Numbered from the stretch's first letter, positions 12,301 through 24,569 are shown. The stretch: DNA of 64,000 bases from Takakia lepidozioides (GCA_030704615.1 CM060734.1:28396001-28460000), one strand, 5' to 3'. Program-made: numbers and translations. The notes: a model not told the origin generated them from the letters alone.

Positions 12301-13830
12301 GGCAGAGCACTGAAGAAGGCGGCTGCCAAAGAGCCTTCCGACACCCGTGGGTTTCTGAAGATGGTCTTGTTCTTTGAGAGGGTGTGTGCAGACAAGGATT
12401 GCACGAGGGGCGGAAATGCCACAGGTACTCCGAGGACTTTTGGAAGAAAGGATTCGGGCTCGCCCGCATGGTGTTGGACGACAGAGGCTGTGTGGTTGTC
12501 CTGGCGAGCAGAGGCAAAAACACGCAGACATGAATTGCGAAGTGGACCCGCAAGAGCGTCGTCCCAATTCTAAAGAAGAAGTGGACGTGCATCAACACAT
12601 TGGGCCTTTCGGGGAAGGGAAGAAGGTAATTACGACATTGGCACTCGTCCTTTTCTTTCTTTGGAGTTTTGAAATGCGGTGCCGCATTCGATTTCTAATC
12701 GTTCCCCACTCTGTATGCAGACGAAGCAGTTTGATGCATACTGTGTGAAGGAGAACTCCACCTTTGCTTTCGGAGGAGGGATTGTTGGTTGACCCGACTG
12801 CGACCCATCGATTACGACGTCCTGTTCAACAACGTTCCCACGGAACTTCTCCTCATAGCCTCACTTCAACTGAACCCCCTGCGGTATTCACGGACTCCTG
12901 CTTCTTCAGACAATTATGGAGACATGCACTGACGTGGAGGGCACAGTGCTCGACCTCATCTGTGGGACAGATATGCAGAATCTTGTTGTATGCTGTTCTG
13001 CAAATTCTCGTTATGCTTTCATTCGCAACATCTGAAGGCCATGTCATAATGTGTGGATGGCATTGTAACAGGTGCCTCAATGTGGGCTGGGCGGTTTTCC
13101 GACCGGCACCTCTTGCTACGAGGAGGACAAATCCACCATTTGGAAGGGCTGCAACGGAATGTGAAGGCTCCCATCGAAGCCAAAGACTCCTCGGATTCGT
13201 CGGAGTCAGAGGAAGAGACAGTGGACATTGATGCCGAGGAGAACCCGGAATACGAGTGAGTGCAAACATTGTAAGTTTGCAAAGCCTTCTGGGGGATTTT
13301 TTGTCAAATGCATTTCCGGACTGTGGTTCTCATTGGTCTCGTTGGTGATTGTTATGTGCAGGATTCCAGGATCCGGATCGAAACATGTAGGGCCTACACT
13401 TCCTGCCAGGAAGAATGTCCCGTTCTTTGCGAGGGCCGACTTCATGACGAGCCCGGTGAAGGACTACTCCCTTCCTAGTTATGCAGCTAAACTCGCAAAT
13501 ACAGCGATTAGACGATGAGAGAATCCCAGTAAAGTAGAGCAGATTTTGGAGAGGGCTAGGGAGGACAGAAGGATAAGGAAAGAGTTGGCAACAGCTGAGA
13601 CAGGTAGACGGGTGCAAAAGTTCATATGTGATTCAGCGGATGAGAGCGATGCAGACAGGGAGGACGACGAGCCAACGGAGGTGAGATGGTCGGTTCCGCA
13701 AGGTGAAGATGGTATTTTCGAAAGCCTGGCCAACGAGCAGTCCGCTAGAGATGAGAAAGGCAATGACGGGGTGGAGGCGGAGCAGGACAGTCATGGACAG
13801 GACGACGATAGTGATGATTTTCAAGATTAA
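9330..13830 (+). pseudogene. Multi-exon MULE accessory gene: ParB/Srx-like N-terminal domain plus beta-class amino-methyltransferase-like C-terminal domain; stops and frameshifts; 5' end may extend to about 8700
   Basis: IPLCHIVSLPIVRQALPGDVDKLKFAFREGY...FVWDGNHRVLA*WEYI...VECVIL...AMADLN (about 9820-10253); GT-AG introns 10254-10363, about 10555-10653, 11484-11588, 12626-12720; LARMVLDDRGCVVVL (about 12460-12505) and LLQTIMETCTDVEGTVLDLICGT/GASMWAGRFSDRH (12901-12970 joined to 13072 onward); acidic tail to TAA at 13830. Confidence 0.65.
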
Positions 13831-13966
13831 TAGAATTTTAATGAACTCTCTATACATTTAAATTCTATTCCAAAGTATATAAAGGAATTTCTCCCCGTCC
13901 TTCATGTCCCCTCTCCCATGTGCTTCTCAACGACAACATCGTCCAAACCTGGTCCCTCCCAAAATC

Positions 13967-14747
13967 TGAAATGCGGCACCGCATTTCAATGTCGGAACGG
14001 AAATGTGGCAACTGTAAAAACCTCATTTGGAAATGCGGCACCGCATTTCCCAAACCGGGGCAAGAACAATTTTCCGTTTCATGGTTTGGACATCAGAAAC
14101 TGTTTGGACAAACGGAACGGAAATGCGGTGCCGCATTTCCGTTTCCGACACGGCAGTTTTGCCGATTGCCAGCTCCTTCCATGGAGGTAAATGGAAATGC
14201 GGAGGTCGAACATGGAAATGCGGTGCCGCATTTACCTTTTGGAGATGGACATTTTTCCAACTGCAGACCCATCGATGGAAATGCGGCTCCCCATTCCATG
14301 ATGCTAGACGGGAATGTGGCACCGCATTCCATTGTCCAATAAGAAATTTCAATGACGTACATGGAAATGCGGCGCCGCATTTCCAAAACGGACATCGTTG
14401 TTTGTCCAATTCCAGACCCTTCGACGGAAATGCGGCACCGCATTCCATTGTGCTCTCCGGAAATGCGGTGCCGCAATTCATTGTCCGGTACGAAATTACG
14501 ATGACGGACATGGAAATGCGGTGGCCCATTTCAAGTATGGACATGGACAAGCATTAGCGACTGGACATGCTCGGACAATTCAAGGTCCAATATGGAAATG
14601 CGGCGCCGCATTTCAAATTTGAAGTATGGTAATGCCATGTCAGGAAATGAAATGCTCTACAACATTTCCGTTACGACGACAACGGAGGAAAGGGAGCTGC
14701 CAGAAATCGCTGCATGGAGAAAAATGAAATGCGGTGCCGAATTTCCG
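13967..14747. repeat. Array 2 of the same palindrome, about 13-15 units, 149-bp higher-order repeat
   Basis: Units at 14029, 14119, 14214, 14277, 14310, 14363, 14426, 14459, 14512, 14594; spacings 63/33/53/63/33/53. Confidence 0.92.
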
Positions 14748-15022
14748 AGCTTCGGCGTGTACATGTTTTCTTTTACTCATACATGGATTTTCTTCACCTC
14801 AGGACTCTGATATTGCTGACTCCGGTATATTCATATGGACAGACACATTGTAGAAATGAGACCTCAAATTGTAAACAGTGGGCCAATTACGGCAGTTCTT
14901 GAACACGATGATACACAAGCACACAAAAGTGAGGTACGATGGGTTGTTTTATTGATCGAACACGGTGTCTCACATCTAGCAACTCCAGACAAATCTAAGC
15001 CCTTCCTCCTTCTACATGGGCG

Positions 15023-15650
15023 TCACCAAGTCGGCGGAACTTCGATAGCCCTCAAAACAAGCTCATTACTGATGCGGCACCTCGAGGTAAACTGCAATGC
15101 GGTCGATCTGGTGCCTTTGGTGGAGCTGACGACAATGTCATGCCCATCAATCATACCACCATCATACATTGACAAGGTCACTGTGGGCCTCCTGTGCCCG
15201 TGCGATTCGTCTTCGCAACTCAGCCGAATGTCTCCATACACTGGAAAAGCGGAGTGAACTCCACGAATATAGTTTTTCCCGGTGCCGTCCTCCCTGGTCC
15301 ACTGGCAGCAGTTCCAGCGCCAAAGTGAGGCCGTGCGTGATCTGTCCGGCATCCCATTCCACCTTGGTATATCGAGGTCAACAATTTTCAGGACCCACGG
15401 ACCGCATTGACCCTCGCCCTCACCTCGCTCAAAGCGGTAATAGCCCTCCAGATACTCCATTTCGCACAAAGACTCCCGCTTGATTCCAGAAGCGTCTGTG
15501 AAAACAGAGAGCCAGACAATGATGTCTCCTAATTCTGGTTTGAACATAGCATAATCGTGGCCATGATAAGGGCAGTCAGCAGGATTTGGCGGCACGACAT
15601 CCTTGAAAAAGAGTAGCGGAGTACGCTCAATGACAGCAGCTCCCGGATGG
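15023..15650 (-). pseudogene. MULE orphan gene X1, unknown function (frameshift near 15590)
   Basis: 190-aa ORF 15023..15595 aligns along its length with 665..1432; upstream SVLRYSFSRMSC lies in another frame. Confidence 0.7.
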
Positions 15651-16006
15651 AGGAGGCAGCAGCGCGGTGGCTAGAAGAAATTCAAGCAAACGCTGCAATT
15701 CCTCACAAACACTCCAGGGCACATTTAAATTTCCCCCCGACAGGAACCTGCACAGATGAAGATTGGCTGCTCCATGAATGTAGCCGTTTCAGTTTCCTTC
15801 CCTGCCATGCAAACTATGGGTAGTAAGTGCCAGGTGGGCCTATAGCCACTCGAGACGACGAAGTCCATCCCCCCTTCGATGTAAATGCGGCGCCGAATTT
15901 CCATCCGGGGGATGGACTTCGGTGGCAGATTTCAAACTATACCCCGTGGATGAGAAAGAGATATTGGTTCATCCACCGCTGGCGTGATGAACACGTTACA
16001 CGATGA

Positions 16007-16718
16007 TTGGTGGGTACGTGTGACCCAAATGCTCCATTATTGGAGCCCGCACTACTCTTCCGCTTCTCATCATTTCAAAAATCTAAGGGCTTCGTTGTTG
16101 TCCACAAGGTCATTGTCATCGGCATCAAAGACGTCCTCATGTCCTCCTTTGCAAGGATGTCGTGCTTCCGGAACCGGGACAACTGCCCTTATGGAGGCTT
16201 CGATTATGCAATGTATTCGGCCACATCGGGAGACATCGTTATCTGGTACACAGATTACACAGAAGATACTGGTTCAAATGTGGAAACATTGTCCGCTTTT
16301 GAGTATATCCCAAGCCACTACGAGCGGGGTGGGTGACGATCTTGGTCTGAGGAGTCCGTGGTTCCTGCGCATCCTTGATTCCGATTTTCCCAGCTACGAC
16401 GGGCACCCATGCAGAAGAATGCGCATTGTTATGCTGTTGCGGTGGAACTGCTGCCAGTGGACGTGGGTGGACTCCATCGGAGAGACTTATACTCCTGAAG
16501 GAGTGCGCTCCTCTTCTCCATTGTATGGGGACATTCGCATTGGTGTGGACGACGAAAACGTGAAGCTTTCCATATTCGATGGTGGTATGATTGAAGGGCA
16601 CGACATTGTGGTGAACATCAACAGGGGCGGTACAACGGCTGCAATCCAGTTTACCTGGAGGAGCCCGATGACTCATGAGCTAGTTCTCAGAGTAGTCGAA
16701 GTCCCATTGACAACGTGA
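16007..16718 (+). pseudogene. MULE orphan gene X2, frameshifted copy
   Basis: Split between ORFs 16007..16336 and 15984..16718; near-identical to 665..1432. Confidence 0.75.
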
Positions 16719-17416
16719 CTTGTACAACGTGACAACGTGACTGTGAAGGCACAAGGCTAAAGATTTGTTTCCACAATCAGCACAATAGACGTGCTTCAAA
16801 TGCAATTCATGTGGATCAATAAAAAACCCATTGTGCCCTCTTTTTGTTCTATTCTGAATCCATCGTTCCCAGAATGCATCATTCCTCATTTCGTTTGGGA
16901 TTGGGAATGTGGGTGGATTTTGCAAGTGGCTGGTAGGCTGAAATGGGCCCCCATTGTACAGAGCAGTACCACCCTACCATTCGCAAAACATTGCCTTTCA
17001 ATATGTAATTCTAAAAAACATTGCCGAACCTCCTTCATCGGGAGGTCCTTCTCCCCCTATGACCGTGACACCCTAAACCCTGTTCCCGCGGACACTCATT
17101 TCTGGAAAATAGTCCTGCTCATGTTTTTTTCGACACTTACAACTTTGCTCATGGCTCATGCCGCTCATGGCTCATGGCTCATGAAATAGCAGCCCCCGAT
17201 ATCTTGTCTGAACAGCGGTCATGGGTTGATAAGAAGAGAAACAAAAGAACAACAAGAGATAGCAATTAAGCAAGTTGCCAGGTCCAGTCTAGGTGTCATG
17301 ATGTTTTCTTGCTTCCGTTGCGGCTCATGTAGCATCGAAGCTGGACTGATGGGCTGTCTAATCAAGAGGAAGTGTTAGATTCTATCCAGGTGGGTGTGAA
17401 ACAGGGCCCCCGTTTT

Positions 17417-17428
17417 TGGTATCAGAGC
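17417..17428 (+). promoter_or_regulatory. Primer-binding site (tRNA-iMet)
   Basis: TGGTATCAGAGC upstream of gag. Confidence 0.85.
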
Positions 17429-17989
17429 TACTGATCGCTGCCATTCGAGTTCAAGCTAGCGGACCAGAGGGCTGCCGATCTAGTTACACAATGGATGTAC
17501 AATTCTAACTATACTACATATGGGCCATACATTGATGATTTGGTCTTACGTATAGAGAGTTCTAGTCACATCTCACTTGCAGGTTTGAATCCGCTGTCTC
17601 TTTACTGTACACCAGGCCGGGATATAGTGATTCGTATCGTGCACACGGGTGGGGGAACCTATGCAAAAACATGGATTCTAGCCCATGATCGTAATACTTG
17701 GGTGGATGCAGAAATAGAAGCGACAAGTCATAGAAGCCATGTCCGAACAGTCCATTTCGGACGACGAGTCTAAACTTCGCAATCACCCGATCGAACATAC
17801 ACTAGAAGACGTAGATCCCAAGTTGGCTGCACTTCATAGACTTCCCGAACCCGGGGACATTTTCATAGATCTTAGGCCACTTGGCAATATTCGGTATATG
17901 TTGTGGACAACATGGAATATTGTAGAAGGTAGGAGATGGTCTGATCCGGTTAGAACACCAAGGTTACAAGTCTAGGATGCTAGTATGGG

Positions 17990-18172
17990 GACAACCAGCA
18001 TGTAGCCCAGTGGTAATGGGCACATACCACGTTGGATGTGGTTGTGGGTTCAAACCACGGTCTGGTGTGTCATGAAGGTGTCCACCTTTCAGCTGGAAGG
18101 CAGTAGCCCTTGTGGTGAAGTGACACCATAAGTTACACTCCCTTCAGGAGGCGTCATACTTTTTCTTACTTT
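17990..18172 (+). mobile_element. tRNA-derived SINE, copy 1
   Basis: A box TAGCCCAGTGG, B box GGTTCAAACC, T-rich tail, TSD TGCTAGTAT (17978-17986 / 18173-18181). Confidence 0.88.
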
Positions 18173-21100
18173 TGCTAGTATTGGAGTTGATCGACACAGT
18201 AGGAAGAGGTAGGGAATGGATAGTGGTGAAACGAGAGATCTTGTCATATGAGAACACCCTGAGAGGTATCGTAAGGGACTGATAGGATTAGTGAAGTATG
18301 CCAGGTATAGATCAGTCACTAGTTACTGATCATCCAGACATAGGGGACGTATTAATTTCATATGGTATAGATGTATCACCGTATACTAACCCAAGACCGG
18401 CATTCTACCATCAATAGTCAAGAGCGCATAATGGAGACCTCTGTGTATGAGTCATACATGCTGGTAATAGGTTTACAGTGGTGCTATGGAAAAGAGTAGC
18501 TTATAGCTAGGTAATGGTATCCGCGATGTCTAGGAGAGTCACCGTGAGTGGAAGAGAGGAACTGATACAGAACGGTAACCGGATGTCTCTCGATTGAGTT
18601 TGAAAATACAAGAAAGGAAGGGTGTATCAGTGTACACTCCATCAATTAATACTAACTTTACTAACAGTGTCGCAACATGGCAAGTCCATCTGGAGTAGAT
18701 GCTTTGTATTACGGTAGGGAGTCCGAGGGCGTGGTGGATTGGATCGAGAAATTACAAATGGCAGGTGATGTGAGGGATTTGTCTGATGACATAATCTTCA
18801 AGGTGGCGAGGTTGAACCTCAAAGGAAAAGCTGATGACTGGTTTAGGCGTCAAAACCCCAAACCAGTGGATTGGGACAATTTACAAGTGGCAATGTTGGC
18901 AAAATTTGGGCACATGGATATGGCTGAACTAAAAATGAAGCTGGATGAAGTTAAGCAAGAGCCGAAACAGAGGGTTCAGGCTTACTTTGATCGTTTGAAT
19001 AGGCTCTTTGTGAAGGGGCAAATCCCTGAGCTAGAGCAACGTCGAAGATTTATGGGGGGTCTTAGGAATGAGATTATGAAGCTTATGCTAGGAACCAGAT
19101 TTCAGAGTAGATGAGGCGGTCGAAACCGCCATACAAGTGGAAAGAGGGCTGTTCAAAATTGGGGAAACACCATTCGAACCTTTGGAAGGAGAAGACGTGG
19201 AAGAGGTCTTAGTGACAAGCCCAGTTGATAAACGCCTAGATGCTCTCAATGTTACGCTAACCAAGTTTTTTGAAAAGAAGGGGGCATACGCTGAAAGTTC
19301 CGGTACTCAGACTCTAGTTCGTGGAAACCGATTGTGTAACCTCTGCCATCAGGAGGGTCATGTGGCTGCATTCTGTCCAACACAGAAGAACCCGGTGAAA
19401 TGCGCAAAATGCAATCACTTTGGTCACCGGACAGAAAATTGTGGAATCAGATGCACACCTTTTGTAAGCTACTAGGACACTTCGAACAGGACTGTAGGAT
19501 GAAAAAGGAGCAGGGGTCGACTGCATTGCCTTCTAACAATTTGCTTGACATTATGTGTGATGATGAGGAGGCGGTCTTGGAACAATTGAATCAATTAATG
19601 GCGCATCACGAGATCAAAGAGATACGACGACTCCCTAAAGTAAGAACACCGGTGGTACCTCCAAATCAGAACGGCGGTCCAAGTTCACAAGGCGAAGACA
19701 TGGCAACAGCACAAGAGGAGCTTCCAGAGGAACAAACACGAGCCTTTGGTCAGTTTCTCTTCCCAAGAAGGTCTGAAAAATTTCCCGAGCCAGAGACAGG
19801 AAGATCTAAGATATTAAACCATTTCTACAAAGGGCGCATATCCATGTCACCAATGGAGGTCATCATGCATGTACCGGGTGAGTTTGAGAAATTGAAAAGT
19901 TTGGTCAAGGTTGTGGAGAAGAGCAAATCCAATGCTTTTCCAGCCAACAGGGTTCAACATGAGTCCAAATTGGCACACGACACGAGTGACCCAGATCTGG
20001 AAGCAATATCATATGCTTTCAGTGGCAAAGTGAAGGCTTTGCAAAGGCTTTGCAGATGCTCTGGTTACGATTGGCAATTACCAAGTAATGGGCCAGATCG
20101 ATACAGGGGCCATGATATCCGTGATAGCAGCAACCACAGTAAGAGACTTGGGCTTAATGAGCTGTGTCACCACTGACAGGGACATGACATATCGGGTAGC
20201 TTCAGGTGCTGTTGAGACAGCAATGGGGGTACTTGACAATTTGAAGGTTACAGTGGGAAGACAGGATCAGTTTCATGGTGGTGGACACTACCACATACAG
20301 CATGTTGCTCAGACTATTCTTCTTGAAGAAGTTTGGGGCATCAGTTGATACAGAGACAGAGACATTGAGGGTCAGGTACGGACCTGGGCTCAATGTGGCT
20401 TACTTTCCACTCCGCACCATGAATCAATTGAAGCCAACGATTGGCAACTTTCATGAATTCTACAAGAAACTGGCTGTAGAGCCAATGATAGAAGAACAAG
20501 AGGGCTAGACAGAGGTCATGGCTCTTGATCAAATGCAGGATTCACGCACAAGGCAGAGTTTATTCACACCAATGGAAGAGGATGGTCTGTCTGACTACAT
20601 GTCAGATATGGAGGATAGTGTGAGCTCTGTCTCGACAGAAAGCACGGATGAAGATCCAGACTGGGAAGAGGCATAAGGCCTCTACTCAGATCAGGGGGCA
20701 ATTGAAGATTATCTAAAATGCCTGGACATTTGGGAGGATGAGAGTCAGGATCTAAAATACCTAGAGATTTATGAGGAAATCAGCCGCAAGGATATGACTG
20801 ATGACCTGATCAAGGAGGCCTACATGAAGGCTTGGGAAGGTGAATACTACACACCAATGACGAGTTTCAGGACTGGACCAAAGTCACCAACCAACAAAGG
20901 AGAGAAGCACATCTGATCTACCTGCATGCTATCAAGACTGACTCCAAAAAGGAGGAAGCAAGCATGCAAACACTGGAGGCAGAACAGAGGTGGGAAGACA
21001 TAAAAAGTAAACTCAAGATCAGTCCTGCGCTCTCTACAGAGCTGAAGCAACAAGTGCTAGAAGTATGCAGAAGGAATCATCACAGCTTTGCCATGAACAA

Positions 21101-22726
21101 AGCCGACCTTGGCCATTGTGCTGACGTGGAGCACGAAATCAACACCCAAGGGTTCCCTGCAACCAGAAAGCCAGCAAACAGACTGTCAGAAGCTGAGGAG
21201 AACCGTGTACAAGAACAGATTGAAGCACTCATCTTACAAGGTAAAATGCGAGTCAGCAAATCTGAATATGCATGCCCAGTTACTTTGCAACCCAAGAAAG
21301 ATGGGAGCAAAAGGTTTTGTGGAGATTATAGGCCACTCAATCTGCACACACTGAAGGATGCATACCCAATACTAATACAAGACGTCTTGCAACAACTTGG
21401 CAAGTCACAGTGGTTTTCTGCGCTGGATCTGCAATCAGGCTTTTGGCAAATCAAAATGAGAGAAGATGACATAAAAAAAAACAGCCATAATCACGAAGAG
21501 AGGATTGTTTGAGTGGCTCGTCATGCCATTTGGCTTGAAGAATGCCACAGCAACCTTCCAGAGGGCTATGAACGTCATACTTCATGATGAGTTAAAGACT
21601 TTTGCAAAACTCTTTGTTGATGACATAAATATACACAGTGCAACATGGAAAGATCATTTGCAGCACTTGGATGTCATCCTCAAAAAACTCAGGCATCATA
21701 ATCTGAAGCTGAATCCCAGCAAATGTGAACTGGGCATGCAAGAATTGGTTTTCTTGGGACATGTCATTTCCAAGGAAGGGGTAAGGCCTGACCCAAACAA
21801 AGTGGCAGCAATTCAATGTTTCCCAATACCAAAGACCCCCACAACTGTTAAGAGCTTTGTTGGGGTTACCAACTACTACAGGGATTACATCAAGGGATAC
21901 GCAAGCACTGGTGTGCCACTGTTTGAACTCACTAAGAAGGAGCCAGCATTCCAATGGAACGCAGAGGCACAGAATGCCTTTGAGGCATTAATCCTCAAGC
22001 TGCAAAATGCACCGATCCTGGTAAGGCCCGATTTCACTAAACCCTTTATACTTGATGTTGAGGAGTACGAAGGGAATATGGGCAATACTGTCACAGAAAG
22101 ATCATCTTAAAGAACATGTAATTGCATATGCAAGCAAGGTGTTGATGGATGTTCACAAAATATATCATTCCATGGAGGGCGAGTGCTATGCACTAGTGTG
22201 GGGCATCCTGCACTTCCGCCGATACCTCTATGGAACACCATTCACGGTAAGTGACGAGCCCTGAGTGCGCGCGGTCAGGGTGACGACATAGTAGTATAGG
22301 GGGGCCAAGGTAAGTTGCGGTGTAGGTTGGGCTCACTGAACCGCCTACCCGACTGCGGTTAGTGCAGGGGGTCCGTGGTCGTACATGGTGGCTATGATCA
22401 CTATCTAAGTCCTACCGGCAAAGAGAAATCACGTACTCCTCTTCCCAGGCCGAGTTTGCGTTTCTAAGTCATACAGTATCCTACAATCTACTCAGTAACT
22501 GCCTTCCAAGTCTTTGTGTTTTATTGTCTAATTCCTACCGCCTAGGCCCCCGAGCCGCCTATATGACATGTTTTAATCCCTTCACAAGGCACCTGCCGAG
22601 CCTAGGGAGAAGAGGGAAAATCGTCCTCTCCCAATGCCCCTCCTTCGCCGAGGGCTTGAGTTCAAGTCACCTCTAAATGGAAGGGCCAACGCTTCCTACC
22701 CCAGTGCCTAAATACTTTGTTTTAGC

Positions 22727-23053
22727 TGTCAAGTTATTTTACCACTAGTGTGAAACTAGCTAGGAAATAGCTATCTTTTACATATTGACATTTGGGATTG
22801 GCCCAAGTGTCAATCCAGGGGTCAAGGCAGATTTAGGCCCTGGAGTGGTTATCTTCACGGCAAGCGCGGGAGGCTCATCTTTCTCGAGTTGAGCCTCACC
22901 GCGCCTAGCTATGGCGCCGTAGTGTGGATTCCCCATGGCGTGGGGTGCACTTGGCTTGACTTGTATTTGAGTGATGAGGTTATATATGCATGAGTTTATG
23001 CTTCAGCTTTGTGAGCTCGCATGAGCTTGTGCTTGTATTCTTCTTCTTTATCA
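22727..23053 (+). repeat. Terminal repeat A1 (327 bp)
   Basis: Identical by eye to 33412-33738; TATA-like TTATATAT near 22980. Confidence 0.95.
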
Positions 23054-24569
23054 CTCGAGAAAGATCAGCTCGTATCTGTGAGTGCCAGATACGAGTTAGT
23101 TGTAGCACTTGTGGGTTTTGCTTGAGAATGAGAGAAACCAAGTTGTTATGCAAGGAGCACCGTGGAGCTCTTAGTTGTTAGAAGCGGAGGCGATGTGGGT
23201 TACGAGGTGGTAGACCTTGGCATTCGATCTTCAGCTTCAGAGATGAAAGCACCATGCTGCAGGTAATTCCAGAGCACCTTGATGGTTCCAGATTGTGTAC
23301 ATGCATGAGCAAGCACGATTGGGAAGAGGACCAGTCAAGAGCAGGTTATAGTGGCTTTGGTGGCAAAGCTGAGAACTGGACTTGGGAATGCGAGCTGTCA
23401 TTGTGTGAAGGATTGCAAGACCAAGCGAAAGGGCTGATTTGGCTTGGGGCAAATCAGTGCACTTTGTGGAGTATGGTGAGATTGGGTTTCAATCTCGAGC
23501 TTCAGCATTGAGAGGGCTCTTGTCATGGCAAGAGCAGGGCTGGAACAGGAGCTAAGAGGTGCGGCAAGGCCATGGAATGTGCACCTAGGGTTTCAGAGCT
23601 TGGAAGAAGAGCTCTTGCACCACAAGAGAAGTGTCTTGTGGCTGGAAATGTAAGCCTTAGGGTTTCAGGAGCTTGGCAAAGGCTATGGAGTGCTTAGTCT
23701 TGTCTTAGAGAGCATCAAGGAGCCAAGGAGCCAAGATAGGGGGCTGATATCTTTGTGTGAAGAGGTTGCATGTGTGGAGCATGTATTCAACTCATTGAAG
23801 CTTCCATCTTCAAGCTTGGAGGGCAAGCAAGGAAGTGGAAGGGCTAACTTCCCTTATGTGAGGGCAATGCATGTGGGAGCATGCTATCAGCCTGGTTGCC
23901 ACTTTTAGGTGTGGAGTGCAAGGAATGAAAAAGGCAGAGGCGGCTGGTTTCCTGTAGGGCATGTAGAGCATGCTTTCAGCCTGCTGAAGCTTGTGATTTT
24001 CAGGTTTGTGGGTGCAAGAAATGAAGCAAAGGAGCTGATTCTCTTATGGTGAGAGTGGGGCATGTGTGGAGCATGCCTTCAGCCCATTGAGGCTCTTGTT
24101 TTCAAGCTTTAGAGCTAGAACGGAAGGTCTAGGGCTGGTTTCCACTTGGAGTGAAAGAAAACTTGTAGGGCCTATGTGAGTTGGGGTTTCAACTTCAAGC
24201 TTGAAGGGAGCGCAACTCTTGAAGCAACAGGTGTAGAGGGCTGGAATAGGCTAAGACAGATGCTATGGCCAATGAGAGTGCTTGAATGAGTGCTCACAAG
24301 GGCTGGGAACCAGCAGGGCTTGGTTGTTTGCCATTGAGTTTAGTGGCGTGTTTGGGGAGGCTAAGTGAGAAAGAAGGCTTGGTTTGTGGCAACCACCTCA
24401 TGGCTTAGGGCTACTATGGTGGTGTGTGGGAGCCGAAAGAGCAAGGATACCTTGCTGATTTCCTCACAGCCACCATAGCTCGGTGGAAAGAAGCCTAGAG
24501 TCCAAGAGACACAAACCCTAGCTTGGCGTGGCTAAACCCCTTGGAGAAATGGCTAAACTGCCAGAGCGG

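Larger units (their letters stand above)
3089..17197 (-). mobile_element. Complete 14.1-kb Mutator-like DNA transposon (MULE)
   Basis: Perfect 9-bp TSD GATATCTTG at 3080-3088 and 17198-17206; 21-bp TIRs (3089-3109 GAGGTTTACTATTTCATGAGC vs reverse complement of 17177-17197, 17/21 matches, inner 13 perfect); subterminal CATGAGC repeats at both ends; MULE-type transposase inside. Confidence 0.93.
17417..22250 (+). mobile_element. Degenerate Ty3/gypsy retrotransposon (gag-protease-RT-partial RNase H), 3'-truncated
   Basis: Gag 18677-19500 with CCHC knuckles, protease QIDTGA (20088), RT DYRPLN/LDLQSGFWQI/MPFGLKNA/FVDDI, RNase H IAYASK..ECYALVWG..FRRYLYG; many frameshifts; no integrase or 3' LTR. 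Confidence 0.9.

Noticed and set aside
1-17197. 1-1842 and 15362-17197 as LTRs of one element or a tandem duplication
   Set aside because: They are right arms of two TIR elements with different flanks; the second has its own TIR pair and TSD.
17990-18070. tRNA gene
   Set aside because: A and B boxes present but no convincing cloverleaf; dispersed copies with tail and TSDs indicate a SINE.
22251-22726. LTR of another element (continuing at 33932-34745)
   Set aside because: Plausible but no second copy, PBS or TSD in the window to support it.
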